Shown: piece by piece, positions 1 to 13,198 of the stretch | How the letters are laid out: every line of letters starts with the position of its first letter | Numbering within the stretch: the first letter of the stretch is position 1 | NCBI RefSeq assembly: GCF_004010195.1 | Contig: NC_057718.1 | Location: 76,337,606 to 76,401,605, forward strand | Source: Chiloscyllium plagiosum | Lineage: Eukaryota | DNA length: 64,000 nt | Reading direction: 5' to 3' | Position numbers and translations under genes: made by a program | Notes under the pieces: model-generated | The model's database searches: none | Told to the model about the DNA's origin: nothing | What the model saw: the letters and a program-made list of their open reading frames with translations, nothing else

Positions 1-390
1 AGAGTAAAGGTCACTGAATTGTGGTCACTGTCCCCAAAGTGCTCACTTACCTCTAATTCTAACACCTGGCCTGGTTCATTACCCAGAACCAAATCCAGTA
101 TGGCCTCACCTCTTGTTGGCCTATCTACATATTGTTTCAGGAAACCCTCCTGCACACATTGGACAAACACTGACCCATCTAACGAACTTGAGCTATAGCT
201 TTCCCAATCAATATCTGGAAAGTTAAAGTCCCCCATAACAACCACCCTATTACTTTCACTCTTCTCTTGAATCATCCTCGCAATCCTTTCTTCTACGTTT
301 CTAGGACTATTAGGAGGCCTGTAAAAAACTCCTAACAGGGTGAGCTCACCTTTCCTATTCCTAACCTCAGCCCAAACGTCCATCGTCCTT
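1..390 (-). mobile_element. CR1 LINE ORF2 fragment (AP-endonuclease domain)
   Basis: Minus strand reads ..VMGDFNFPDIDW..CVQEGFLKQYVDRPTRGEAILDLVLGNEPGQV..HFGDSDH.., typical CR1 endonuclease motifs. Confidence 0.85.
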
Positions 391-854
391 TCCACAGGAG
401 TTGTATCCTAGTCTAAACAATTTATGTTCATTCATCAATGACCTTCCATCAAAATAAGTTCAGAAGAAGGGATTGCTGATTGCTCATTTTTCAGGACCAT
501 TTGTGCCTCTTTGGTTATTGAAGCATGCAGCAAGGATTAGACAACATTAGGTTTGGGCTGCTAAATTGCAAGTAATATTCACATTACAGAAGTGCCAGAC
601 AATGACTATTTCTACAGGCTTCAAGATATTTATTTTGTCAGGACTCAGATCTTTTTGAGGTTATCTGTGGGTTACGTTTTGCTTTTTGAGGGTGATCTTT
701 GGTTTTTATTGACTGCCTTTTTTCATTCTACCTAACGCCTTTATCAGATAGATAAGGTAGCATCTGTATATATACTTAAAATGTCTATGCAAATATATTT
801 ATATAATTATGTATTTTATCCCTGATCCAAAATTGTAAGGATAAGAAGAAAACA

Positions 855-1165
855 CAGAATCCCTACAGTTTGGAAGCAGGCCATTCAGCCCATCGTGTCC
901 ATAATGATCCTCGGAAGAGTATCCTACCCAGACCCTGCCCTCTACCCTTTCCCATGGCTAATACACCTAGCCTGCACACCCTGAGGCAATTTAGAATGGC
1001 CAGTCCACCTAAGCAACACATCTTTGGACTGTGGGTGGAGCACCAGAAGAAACCCATGTAGGCATGGATAGAATGTGCAAACTCCATACAGAGAGGCACC
1101 CAAGGGTGAAATTGAACCTGGGTCCCTGGCATTGAGAGATAACAGTGATAACCACTCAGCTACCA
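855..1165 (-). mobile_element. HE1-type tRNA-derived SINE
   Basis: Reverse complement has a tRNA-like head (TGGTTATCAC..GGTTCAATT), the body shared with other copies in the window and a CR1-like 3' tail. Confidence 0.85.
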
Positions 1166-1659
1166 AGACTATATCTAATTGGAATACTCCTTCAATTTGG
1201 CACAGGGAAAATGGGTCAAATAGCCATCTTTTGTGCTGTAAAACGTAATGGAATAATCACATCCGTCCTCAGTTTTTTATTAACTTCTTGGCTTAAAACG
1301 TGCAGCCAAGCATGCAGCATCACTTCAGATCAACGTTTTTTTGGTTTGCCATGAGATATAGACAAAAGTAATAAGGGCATGTCCTTATTAATTAATCTTA
1401 ATGGCATGATATCAGTCGTCTAAAAGGTCAATCATCTATCACACATTTTCATCATTAAGGGTGACTTGAACCAGGTACTAACAGCAATGCAATTCTGGTG
1501 GCATCTCCTTGTGGTCAGAGGGCTGATCAAGGTTATTGTTTTTAATAGAAAGTTGTTATAGTCTTCTTAGGCAAAAAGGGTAAGAGACTGATCACAATGG
1601 TGGAACTTGTTAAAATCTCTGCCTTAGGCACTAATACATGGTGAATGATTTGAAGGCAC

Positions 1660-3290
1660 AAATAAAGGTAATTGGATAGAATTCGATTGCCATGACAAAG
1701 ATGTGGTTATAGAGTGATCAAGACTGGTCAATGTTCAAAAATTTTCATCATTTAAGAAGCATATACAAAAAGAAAAGGAGGTGGGATACAAGATAAGATC
1801 AGTACTTGAGTGAAAGAGAATCTGGGATCAAAGAATTAAGGTGTAGAATCAGTTTGGATGGAACTAGGAAACAGAAAGTGCAGCAAATATTCTGTTCCTT
1901 ATCAGCCATCAAACAGTAGTTGTAACAGTGAGCATGGTATAAAACAGAAAATTACAGCTCCATGTAATAATGGGTGACTTAAATTTATATACAAAGTAGG
2001 TAGACCTAATCTGAAACTAACATCTTAAATTTTAACAAAGAGAAGTATGAAGATTCGAGGAGCAGGCTGCCTATGGTGGATTGGAAAACACATTGATAGA
2101 TTTGATGCTAGACTGGCAATGACTAGTATTTAAGGAAGTATTACATGGTCTCCAACAAATATACATTCCATTAAAACATAGAAATCCAAAATGAAAGGTG
2201 AATTAACTGTGGCTAACAAATTAAAGATGGTTTTAGTTAAAAGGAAGCTGTCAGAAGTGAAGATTGGGAGCAGTTTACAATCCAGAAAAAGATGATCAAG
2301 AAAAGATAAAGAAGAATATGAATGCAAACTTGTGAAATACATAAAAGTGGACTATGAAAGATTCTTTAGGTATATGAAAGGAAAATGTTGAGAAGGACAA
2401 TGTGGATCTATTACAGGGAAAGGCAGGAAGTATTTTTAATGGATTATAGAAAAATGATAACAAAACTAGACAATTACTTAGTGTTGTCTTCATGGAGGAA
2501 GATACAGAAAATCTCTTAGAAATGATAGGGAACCCAGGGACTGATATTAATAGTTGGTTCTTAAAAACATCAACTGGATTGAAGGATGTAACTGGACAGA
2601 ATCAACATGGATTAATGAAAGGGAAATCATCTGTGATAAACCTATTCAAGTTTTTGAGGATGTTACTTATAGCATAAATAAAGGACAACAGTATTTGGAT
2701 TGTCAAAAGGCTTTTGATAAAGTCACATATAGGAGGCTAGTAAACAAAATCGGAGCACATGGGATTGGAGGTACTATACTGGTATGTATTAAGAGCTGGT
2801 TAACAGATAGATAACAAGCAGGAGGCATAATTAGGCCAATCTCATGGTGGCTGGCTGTTACCAGTGAGTTATCACAAAAATGTATGCAAGTTCCATAGCT
2901 GTTCACAATTTATTAAGAATGGCTTGAATGTGGCAACTAAATGTAATATTTCAAAATTTAGTGGTGATGCAGAGCTAGGTGGGAACCTAAGTTGTGAGGA
3001 GGATGAAAGGAGGCTTCAGGTGGATTTGGACAAACAAAGTGAATGGGCCAGAATATGGCAGATAGAATAGAATGTAAATAAGTTTGAAATTATCCACTTC
3101 AGTAGCAAAACAAAATAGTAAGGCCAAGTATTTTTAAATGGTGAGACGTCAGGAATTATTGATATTCAAAGAGACCTTGATTTCCTTGTTCAGGATCTTC
3201 TGAAAGCTAGCTTATTCGTGCAGCAACCAATTAGAAAAGCACGTCACAAAGGGATGTCAATACAGGGATAACTGTTGCAATTGTATGGAG
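1660..3290 (+). mobile_element. Highly degenerate CR1 LINE ORF2
   Basis: Fragments NQHGLMKGKS, YLDCQKAFDKV, ISKFSGD; many stops and frameshifts. Confidence 0.8.
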
Positions 3291-3939
3291 CTTGTTTGTC
3301 AAAATGTGTCAGACCTATCATCTAAAATAAATAACTGCTCTAGTTCCTCCACTCTCAGGTTCTATCCCTTGCAATCATGTGCTCCTATAGTCATAGGTCT
3401 GTCTCTGAAGAAATAGTAACAGCAGGATGGGAGAGGCCTATAATTGGAGGAACTGGAGCAGCAAGCATGAAACAGATGGAATCTTTGATTGATGGAAGAG
3501 CTGCATGGTTCTCTCCCATGCTCAGTACAGCTCAAATCAAACTCAGTGTTATTTCCCTGTGTCCTAAGGAGACAACTGCTCTTATTATTGTTCAGTCCTT
3601 TTGGGCCATGGAAGATCCATATTGTAATTGTACAGGTACAAGATTTCTTGAACTTCTTGTGAATTGACTTGCTTTCTCTTTGTGTGTTCAATACTATTCC
3701 AGCAAAAGAGATTCTGATCTCCACCTCTTGGTAATCAGCAGCATTGCCATTGCTGGATATCCCACCAGCAAAATCTTGGAGAGTTAGCACTGAGCAGATA
3801 TTGAACTGGCCATAAGTCATAGTTGTACCTAAAAAAGCAAGACAGAGCTTGGGAATTCTGCGGGGAGTAACTCATGTTCTGATTCTCCTCAGTCTGTCCA
3901 CCAGAGGTCAGGAGAATAATGGAAAATTTTGACAGTGTG

Positions 3940-4390
3940 TAGCTCCCAACAACATTCAAGAAGCTCAATACCATTCAAGAAGTATTATCTGCCTTTTTGG
4001 TATTTTATCTGACTCTATGACCTTAAACACTGACTCCCTTCACCACAGGCACAATGACAGTATTCTGTACCAGCTACAAGATGTAGTGCAACACCTCCGT
4101 AAGCCTCTTTAACAGAAGCTTTAAAACTTGTGATCACTACAACCTAGGCAGGACAGGAATGTAGATGCATAACACCACGAGGAAGATCCTTTTCAAACTA
4201 CACACCATTCTGACTTGGAACTAAATTGCCATTCCTTATCGACAGCATTCCAAAATGCTGGGACTCACTTCCAAATAACATTGTATCAGACTGTTGTGAA
4301 CACAAAACCAATTCACCACTGCTCTATGAAATGCATTTAAGGATGAAAAAGAAATGCTGACTTTGCCAGCAATGTTCAAAATCCAACATT
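3940..4390 (+). mobile_element. Degenerate 3' end of the LINE family also seen at 38820-41275 and 59320-59750
   Basis: Visible similarity to the reverse complement of 38830-39300. Confidence 0.6.
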
Positions 4391-4474
4391 TTTTTTAAAC
4401 AGCATTATGCTTTCAAACCAGGCACTATCAGAATGTTCACCTTGTATTCAAGTGATAATCACTAGTTTGATGGA

Positions 4475-4822
4475 GTTAAAAATCACACAACACCAGGCTA
4501 TCATCCAACAGGTTTAATTGGAAGCACTAGCTTTCGGAGCGCTGCTCCTTCATCAAGTGGTTGTGGAGTACACAATTGTAAGACACAGAATTTATAGCAA
4601 ATTACATCACATTTACAGTGTGATGTAACTGAAATTATACATTGAAAAATACCTTGATTGTTTGTTAAGTCTCTCATCTGTTAGAATGACCATGTTAGTT
4701 TCACTTTTATATGTAAATCACAAAACTTTTTTAAAAAGTTACATCCTCAGGTTAACTTTAACAATTGCACACAGGATTTTTAACTTTGTACATCCCAGTC
4801 CAACACCAGTCTCTCCAAATTA
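4475..4822 (-). mobile_element. PLE-derived non-autonomous element (family B) with inverted terminal tail and mutated hammerhead
   Basis: Starts GTTAAAAATC. Minus-strand TTGATGA-AGGAGCAGCGCTCC-GAAAGCTA at ~4528-4556. Inverted GATTTTTAAC-TTTGTACATCCCAGTCC tail. Flanking direct repeat TTTGATGGA at 4466-4474 and 4826-4834. Confidence 0.8.
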
Positions 4823-4944
4823 TAATTTGATGGAAAATGCATTAGTCACTTTCCTATTGGAAATCACATGTTCAAGCAAAACAAAATCACAGAAAATCTT
4901 TCAGGGACAAATGTTATCATAATTTCTATCAATTTTTTAAGATG

Positions 4945-5800
4945 CTGTGACCATGACAGACTCTCATCAAACTTGGGGATTAAATAGGCAATCTTGAATA
5001 CTTGAGCCCTTAAGTCTGAGTTAGGTCTTACTAGAGCTACCTTCAGTCTCCCTTCTCAGTTCAAGCTGTTTCAATTTAACTCCTTTTCTCATTTTCCTTC
5101 ATGGAATTCCCTTTCTTTCTCCATCCTCTGTGCTGTCTGTACTTCTTTTAACTAATTTTGTTTCCCTTTTTCTTTAGAATTTTTGTTCCAACCTTAGCTG
5201 TTCCAATTTTACAAGATGTGTTCTGCAATCCTTAGTTTCATCTCTAAGTACTTTGTTGCCTTGCAATTTCTTTTTCCTGACTTTTGGGTAGAACACAATC
5301 TCTAAGTGCCTAGATAGCCCTTTTAATTCTTCCAAGGAAAATGTTTTTCGTATTTTGTCATTTTTTTCCCTGCATTAAGCAGCATTAATGGCAAGTGTGG
5401 ACACCTTAATACCTTTAATATTAGATTCAAGAAAATTGTGTTGCAGTCTCTCTATTTGTTAAACCAATGTTTGAAGGAACAATTTATTTTCCTCACGAGC
5501 ATTTACTTCTTTGCCAATAAGAAAAATGCTGGAGTCAAAGCCTCAAAATTTATTAGTCCAGGTGGAGAGGAGAAATTAACTCCCCTCTAAATCCCACCAA
5601 ATGTTTTTATTTCTTTTTAGCATGCAGCTTTCATGCTTCAGTTAGAATGTAATTAACTAAATCAAAGGAAGGAGCCAATTTCAATGGTTTGCTACGTGAA
5701 GGAAAACTGAATTTTATTATTTTATTACCCATACTTAAGTATAACATAACATAACATAACTCAACATCAAAAACACAAACACAGGTAAAATGTTGCAGTG
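4945..5800 (-). mobile_element. Probable decayed LTR-retrotransposon (gag-like/LTR) remnant
   Basis: Minus strand is purine-rich and gives K/E-rich coiled-coil-like peptide fragments with stops; no intact ORF. Confidence 0.35.
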
Positions 5801-6719
5801 TTCCATCTAAGTTCCCTAGATTTGTCTCAATCTGTAGTCAGCTGAGCACTAAAGCCATTATACGTTATCATTTGTTCTCTTGAAAAATCTCAGCCCATGA
5901 AGTCTTGAATATTAAACTGAGACAAAAGTATTTGAAAATCAATATTCTGTGTAACAATACCTTTCAACAGAAAAACTCAGGGTGGAAACTTTGCGGTCCC
6001 TGAACTAGGCTATGGTTAGAAAGTCTGGGAAAACCACCTGAGATGTCAAGTGAACCTTTCTCGACAACCAGATGAAGTCGCATTTTCCAAGCAAGTCCTC
6101 TAAATAGAGACAATTCTTATGAGTGTAATGAGAAGCTTATTATTGTGGTTAACACTCATCACTCTCCATAGTACCTAATTTCCCCTTGTTAAAGAACTCT
6201 CCCATTCTCCATATACCAGATAAAAACTATTCCTTAACAGGAATGTCTGAACAAGTACCTGGCAATTCCAATTCACCTTGAGACCTTTATTTAGGTACTC
6301 ACATTAACTTGTCATGAATAATCCAGGAATACTGCCATATCTAACTGTTAGTCAAACTGGGTTGCACAATGGAAATCAAGCCTGCTATTCTGAGTCACTG
6401 CAAAAGTACCCCTCCATCTCCACTCTTAGGCTTGTGGGAATTTAATACAAGGAAGGTGGGCATGCTTCCAGACAGGATCCCTGAATATTTGAATATTTAA
6501 CTTTCTCCACTTCTTGTGAGGTAATTGTGAAACAAATTTATTCATTTTGCTTAAAACAAAATTGATATTGATTTAAGGCACCAGTAATTTTATTAAATCA
6601 TGCATTTGTTCACTGACAATGAACGACCATTGAATATCTGCTAATACTGACGGTTTATTTATTTTAAATGCGTGATTTTAATAGAAGGCAGATTATTTAT
6701 GGGAATTGATTCACCGATG

Positions 6720-6817
6720 GGATGGAGCGCACGCGCATTATATTGGTTTAGCAGAGGGGGGTCAGTTTGATGTGAAGGACGCATGCGCGCTTTGATGCTT
6801 GGCCGGAGCGGGTAAGT
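6720..6817 (+). promoter_or_regulatory. CpG-rich promoter / candidate first exon A
   Basis: NRF1-like GCGCACGCGC 6727-6736 and ACGCATGCGC 6779-6788, inverted CCAAT (ATTGG 6742-6746), splice donor G|GTAAGT at 6812; CpG-rich against a CpG-poor background. Confidence 0.65.
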
Positions 6818-7164
6818 GAAGGTTAGACTGATATTATAAAGTAATCGGGCATCAGTACAGAAATGAGGGTCAATTGGGATTCGTTGCCTATTTAACTATG
6901 GGGCGTATTTCATGACTGTAGGCATTTGTATTATCAGTAGGATGCACGAAGAGATTTGAGAAAAGGTTGGGTAACCGGAGACCGTTACAGTGAGTGGTTA
7001 TTTGTCCTGAGACGTTAGCTCTCTTTGTTTCCCCAGAAACGCTACCCCACCCGAGTATTTCCAGCATTTTTTTTCTGTTTCAGATTTCCATTATCTGCTT
7101 TTGTCAGGAAATATTAACGGGCGTTCTACCATCTTGTGTTAGGAAGATGGGTGTTTCTCTGCCT

Positions 7165-7352
7165 CATACTGCGCAGCCGTTCCGCCATCTTGAGATAGGC
7201 GGGTATGACTGTCATTACTGCGCATGCGTTCTGCTGTCTTGTGGGTTGGCAGTGAGGGTTTTTTTTGTCTCTGGGTCGTTGGAAACTGGATACAATGAGT
7301 AGGTTTTAGAGATTGTTCTGCCCGGAAATTAGGCATTCGTTCCGGGGTGAGT
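7165..7352 (+). promoter_or_regulatory. Second promoter cluster / candidate first exon B
   Basis: YY1 CCGCCATCTT 7182-7191, NRF1 TGCGCATGCG 7219-7228, ETS CCGGAAAT 7322-7329, splice donor G|GTGAGT at 7347. Confidence 0.65.
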
Positions 7353-7949
7353 GAGCGTATTGGTGAATGGATGGTTTTACTTAAAATGCTTGTTCCTCAA
7401 GCTTCAAATCGTCGGGTCGTAGCATGGAATTTGAATATTGCCGAAGAGAGGGAGACTTTGAAGCCTTTTGCCCTGTATTCATCACAACGAAACTCGGAAA
7501 GGCAAATATCTCAAAAAGTTGAACAATCAGCAAATCGTCCCCGTTCAGGTTGCTGTCGTTGCAGTGGCTACCCAAGGCTTTTCAATCACGATAGTGTTGT
7601 TGACTCAAAAAGTTGCTCTGCTTATCATTTGATCAAGCAACGTCATCTGGATTTCAATTTTTGTGATGATGGTTACTTAGACCCAACATTTTAGCAGAAT
7701 GGTCCTGTGATTGCTCGTAATAGAGACAGTTCAGTCCAGCTCTTGGTTACAGTGCCCAAAGCGAAGTGTATGTTGATGGCTGTGACCCTGTGATTGGGCA
7801 ATACGTGCCATATGACCACGTGTGTTTAGTGCCAGTGTGAGATAATCAGTTCAGCTCGAGCATGGATTACACTCGCCAGAAGCAACATCATTCATATGTA
7901 TCCATTTTCTGCAAACAAATGAAATGTGTTCAAACCTGGGAGCTTGAGG

Positions 7950-8372
7950 ACCCTAAAGTCCCACCATAAATCTTTATTTCCAGTCTACTTTAGCCAAGTC
8001 CTCCCTCATTCTATTTCAGTCTCCCTTGTTTAAGCACAGGATTGTTGTATTGGATTTTATCTTCACACTCTCCACCTGTATTCTAAATTCAACCATACTG
8101 TGATTGCTCCTTCCAGAAGATCCCTAACTATGAGGTCATTAATTATTCTGTCTCCTTACACAGGACCAGATCTAGGATCGCTTGCTCCCTTGTTGGTTCC
8201 ATTTCACTCAACGAACTCCTCCTCAAGGCTACCCTGTCCGAGCTGGTTTGACCAATTGACATGTAGGTTAAAATCCCCCACGATAATTGCCACACAGTTT
8301 TTACAGACTTTAGTTATTTCTTTGTTTATTGCTTGCCCCAGTGTGCTGTTATTATTTGGTGGCCTGTAGACT
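7950..8372 (-). mobile_element. CR1 endonuclease fragment
   Basis: VYRPPN..IIVGDFNLHVNW in ORF 8204-8437. Confidence 0.85.
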
Positions 8373-8904
8373 AGAATTTCTAATTTCCACCCAAATGGAG
8401 CAGGATTTTCAAAGCAATTTTTCAAAGTGCTCAGCAAACGTTTATTCCAGCTGTAAATAAATTCAATGCATGTACATCTTTTGACATGTAATTCAGGGCG
8501 AGTTGCTACTATTGTCTGTAAATTTTTACTGAGATGGAGAAAAGATGATTCCAGAAAACTGTTAAAATATTGTGTATGAAGGGAGTATTTGTTTATCCTC
8601 AGACTTAGACATGTGGTGCTTCAGAGTTGTTCATATCAGCTTATTCACATTCAACAACGGAGCTGAATTATGAAGGCATGCTGCGATTCATTTGGACCAA
8701 TCATGGTTGGGAAATTGCACAAAGGGAAACAACCCGAATCACCAATTTGATCAATATTAAAGAGAAAGTATCTAAAATAAACGCTTTCTGCAATTTCATC
8801 CAAATCTATTTCTGCAAATGTGGCAAGTGGCAATTCCCATTTCATATGCTCAAGATGAAAGCTTGAGTCAGAAATCCTGCTGAATAAGAAAGCAGAATTT
8901 CTAT

Positions 8905-9410
8905 GAATAAAACAAAGAACTGTGGATGCTGGAGGTTCTACAATAGAAACAAATTGCTAGCAAAACCCAGTCTGGCACTATCTTGTGAAGAGAAAGCAGA
9001 GTTAATGTTGAGTCCAGTGACTCTTTAGGAGTTCTGATGAAGAGTCACAGGACTCAAAATGTTAAGTCTGCTTTCTTCCACCAGGTTAAAAATCTCACAA
9101 CACCAGATTATAGTCCAACAGATTTATTTCAAAGCACTAGCTTTCAGAGCACTGATCTTTCTTCAGATGGTTGTGAAGCAGGACCATAAGGCATAGATTT
9201 TATAGCATTCTATATCTTATAGTCCTGCTTCACAACGACCTGAAGAAAAAGCGGTGCTCGGAAAGCTAGGAAACACTGTTAGACTAAAACCTGGTCTTGT
9301 GTGATTTTTAACTTTGTCCACCCCAGTCCAACATTGTCACCTTCACACTATTCTTCTACCAGATACTGCCGGACCTGTTGAGTTTCGCCAACAATTTCTG
9401 TTTTTGGTGC
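8905..9410. mobile_element. Palindromic PLE-derived hammerhead element (family C) interrupted by a family B palindrome at 9085-9350
   Basis: CTGATGA-AGAGTCACAGGACTC-AAAATGTT from 9034 (core mutated), mirrored on the left. Inner element is flanked by TTCTTC(C/T)ACCAG at 9073-9084 and 9351-9362. Confidence 0.75.
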
Positions 9411-9624
9411 AAAACTTATACTTGGTGTTGAAGTTTGAAAAACCTAGATGTTTGCCAGCTATACTGTGCTTACAATTCAGATTTTATTCTTTGTTCTCTT
9501 TCACCCTTCTTTCCCTTATTCCTGATGCACTTGTTTAGAGAGTGAGCATTCGTTTGGTTGATTTTCTTTGGATTGAAAATGTCTACCTGTTTTGCCCATC
9601 TTATACTTAGTATGTAGGTGGCAT

Positions 9625-9881
9625 GATGAGGTGCCAGTATTGGACTGGGGTGGACAAGGTCAAAATCACATACACCAGGTTATTTACTCTCTCCGTCTGA
9701 CACTTTTGATCACTTGCAGATTTACTCTCACTATATGATACTTTTCAGTGTCGACACTCCGCTCACATGATTTGTATGATCTTTTGATCTCTCTGCCTAT
9801 AAATTCTGTGCCTGTGTGCTTCTCTTCACTTCACTTGGCAAAGGTGCAGTGCTACGAAAGCATGTGATTTCAAATAAGCTT
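9625..9881. mobile_element. Older family B-like PLE-derived insertion
   Basis: Inverted tail TGGACTGGGGTGGACAAGGTCAAAATCAC on the left, decayed hammerhead on the right; TSD TATGTAGG(T/A)GGCAT at 9611-9624 and 9882-9895. Confidence 0.7.
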
Positions 9882-9972
9882 TATGTAGGAGGCATTTATT
9901 CTTAACTGTGAGTTTCTCTTTTCCCCTTCACTGCTGCTAATTTGTTTAATAACAAAGCTGAGTTTGGAGTTA

Positions 9973-10103
9973 GGTAAAAACAAGGGCTGCAGATGCTGGA
10001 AACCAGATTCTAGACTAGAGTGGTACTGGAAAAGCACAGCAGTTCAGGCAGCATCTGAGGAGCAGGAAAATCAACGTTTCGGACAAAAGCCCTTCATCAG
10101 GAA
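9973..10103 (-). mobile_element. Solo PLE terminal repeat (family A) with minimal hammerhead
   Basis: Minus strand TTC-CTGATGA-AGGGCTTTTGTCC-GAAACGTT-GA; perfect 13-bp TSD GAGTTTGGAGTTA at 9960-9972 and 10104-10116. Confidence 0.85.
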
Positions 10104-11439
10104 GAGTTTGGAGTTACCTCATTCATTCAGCCTGATAAGAACTTTGCATTAGTTTGGTTTAAAATAAAATAATTTGCCTGTTTCTAAGTACACCCATCTA
10201 ATAAGGGGTGGTGTCTTTTTTTTCTAATAGGCAAAACAGATTTCTTTGTAATAGAAAAGGTTCTAAAATCTTTAAAAGCTCATTTGGTTAAAATTCAGCT
10301 GATCTGGAATTTTTCTCCCCGTCGCTGGAAAAGACTGTTCCTGCTGGTGGAAGCCTTGGGAACATCAGCATGTAAATTATGGTAATTGGTGATAGAAGTC
10401 AAGGAGAGACATATTCATGCAACAAGTGGTTGGAATCTGAAAATGCAAAGCTTATGTGTGTAGTGAGGTAGGTTCAGTCGAGGCATTTATTTGGGAATTG
10501 GATATTTCCCTGAAATACAGGGCTACAGGGTAAAGCCAGAAATGGGACTTGAAACATCGCTGCTTAAGACTGGTTGACTGGCTTCCTCCTGTGTTGTAAC
10601 CATTCTGTGGTTCTGTTTAATTCTGGTTTGTTCATCCTGTTTTTTTATCACATCCTAACAAATTTGGGAGTTCTGTCCAAGAATTACAGAAATAAACACT
10701 CATGTTTAGTTAACCATCAAAAAGCCTTTGTTACTCCTTTGTGTAGATACAATAATCAAGCATCAAAACACAAATTTAGAGTGGTAAAAAGGAACATGCT
10801 GCCTATGACTGGTCAGAGATATTTGAAGAAGACTTTTAATTGATTGGATTAACTCAGAACTGCAGCCGTAACATTTAAATGTTGATGTCTTATATAGTTA
10901 CAACCAACATGTGCTAAATCAAGCATATGGATCTTCACTATCTGGTTGCCTTTGTTTTTATTTCAGATCAACTAAGTGGGCAATTGTCCAGAATACTTAG
11001 TTATTTGCTATTAGTTAATTGCACTTGCAAGCTCCAGAGCATTCGGGAATGTATGCACACGTTTGCATTTTCAGACTCCTAATGCCTATTTCAAAGTTAT
11101 TTGATAAGCTTCCATTGTCTTAGTAGTGATACGACTAGGTGCAGAAATGGGCCATACAACCCCTTTGTGTCTGCACCACCAGTCAATTGTTCATGACTCG
11201 GCTGATTATTCTGAACTCCAGTTTCCTGACTTGTTTTTTCCCCCTCAAATCTTCTCATGTATTGCAGGATTGAGGGAGGATAGTAACTGAGTTTTTGCAA
11301 TTGCATTATAGTTTGATACAGATCCCATTTGAATAAATTTGTTTATTATTCAGCACCAGATCTGACCCATACTACTATGAGTTATTTTGCTCTCCCAACT
11401 ACTTAACCATTCCTCTAAAACAACTTCTGAGGACATTAA

Positions 11440-11990
11440 AGGAAGAATTTGCATTATTATGGTGCCATTAACATCAGGTACTTCTCAGTCTTCACAGGAA
11501 CATTATTAGACAAAATTTAATATTAAATTACATATTACATATGGGCATATGGCAAAAAGAGTTACGTTTTAAGCAGCATGTTAGAGGGGAAAACAAAAGT
11601 TCAAACTTCTGGGCAGGAATACTGGGTGTTATGACCTCAGCAGCTGAGAGTATACCTTTCAAAGACATTTAAAGTCAAGAGTGATGAAAAGAACCAAATC
11701 CGAGTGCAACTGGAATATGTTAGAGATGGGTAGGCATAACGACCTAGAGGGCTGAAAATAAGGATGCAAATTTTAAACTCATGACCTTGTTTAACCAGGA
11801 GCCAGTTTTGATGGGTGATGGATGATGGGTTTTGATGCAAATTAAAGTACAGACAACAGAGTTTGGATAAGCTTATTTTTAAGGCAGGATGTGGGAGGCA
11901 GCCAGGAGTGCCTGCAGATTTTTTCAACTTGAGAGGCAACAGACATAGTTGACAGTTCCATAAGCAGTTGAGGAGGAGGTGAAAATAGAT
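11440..11990 (-). mobile_element. Old L2-like LINE 3' fragment
   Basis: Degenerate tail motif resembling the reverse complement of the SINE 3' end at ~31440-31485; heavily decayed. Confidence 0.45.
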
Positions 11991-12902
11991 TCATTCTGCG
12001 GCAATGAATTTTCCAGGTCGAGATTGAACATTTCTTAGAATAACTAATGTGTGGTGGAAGAGGAAAGTTTCAGCAGAACAGAATCAAAACAAAGTCCACA
12101 AATAAAAATAAGGCTAAATGGAAAATTTGAGAAACTGAGTTATATTAAAAGATGGAAGGCTAGAATTTTTAAAATGAGCACAGTAGCAGGAGTTGCCTCT
12201 GCTGAAGCTTTATAATGCAATGGTTAGACTACACTTGGGGCATTGTTCAGTAAATGCAAGGATTTGAGCAAAGCATATAAGTCGAACCCTCAGGTAATTA
12301 AGATGACTTTCAGGGAAAGGTTACAGAAGCTTGGAAAGAAGTTAAAATGTTAATAAAGTATGAAATAAACCATATTGAAGTGAACCTAGACTTGTACTTC
12401 TCAACTGTGTAGCATCAAGGGCAGGTGGAAATAAGGAAGAAATAAATTTTAGTACATCTTTACCGAGAGTGATAATATTTCCATAAACTGTCTGGTGAAG
12501 TACTTTAGGTAAAAGACATATGTATTAAAGGGAGTGTTTGAATTGTACTGTATATTCAGGCTGGAGTCTAATGATTATAATACAGTAATTCACGGTTGGA
12601 TTTACAATAAGTGCATGCAATCATTTTAGCTCAGCACCAAAAAAGAAGTTCTAATTGAATAATACAGGTAGTTTATATCTAGAGTAACAGGATGTTTATA
12701 GTGATTTGGATTGCAGTCCAATGTTCTTCAGAGTGTTTATACATAAAACAGGTGGCAGAGAGCTGGAATGTAGTTAATGTGGACTACTAGGCATTCGAGC
12801 ATTTTTAGTTGATCACTTTAGGTGATTCATTTAAAAATAAATGAATATCTATGTATGTGATTTAGATTATTCTATCGACTAATTTTCAATTTGCATATTT
12901 TT

Positions 12903-13198
12903 CCAGGGGTGGAGGAGTCTAAAACTAGATGGCATAGTTTTAAGGTGAGAGGGAAAGATTTAAAAGGGACCTCAGGTCAACTTTTTCATGTAGAGGCTGA
13001 TGCCTGTATGGAATGAACTGCCAGAGGAAGTGGTGGGCTGATACAATTTCAACATGTAAAGGCATGTGGATGGGTATATGAATAGGTTTGGTTTAGAGGG
13101 ATATGGGTCAAATGCTGGCAAATGGATTAGATTAATTTAAGATATCTAGTTGGCATGGACAAATTGGACTGAAGGGTCTGTTTCAAGACTGTACATGA
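12903..13198 (+). mobile_element. CR1 3' end (5'-truncated)
   Basis: Same terminal sequence as 15458-15660 and 58400-58683. Confidence 0.8.

Noticed and set aside
3362..3820. 152-aa and 96-aa ORFs
   Set aside because: No motifs or splice context; likely chance ORFs in decayed repeat sequence.
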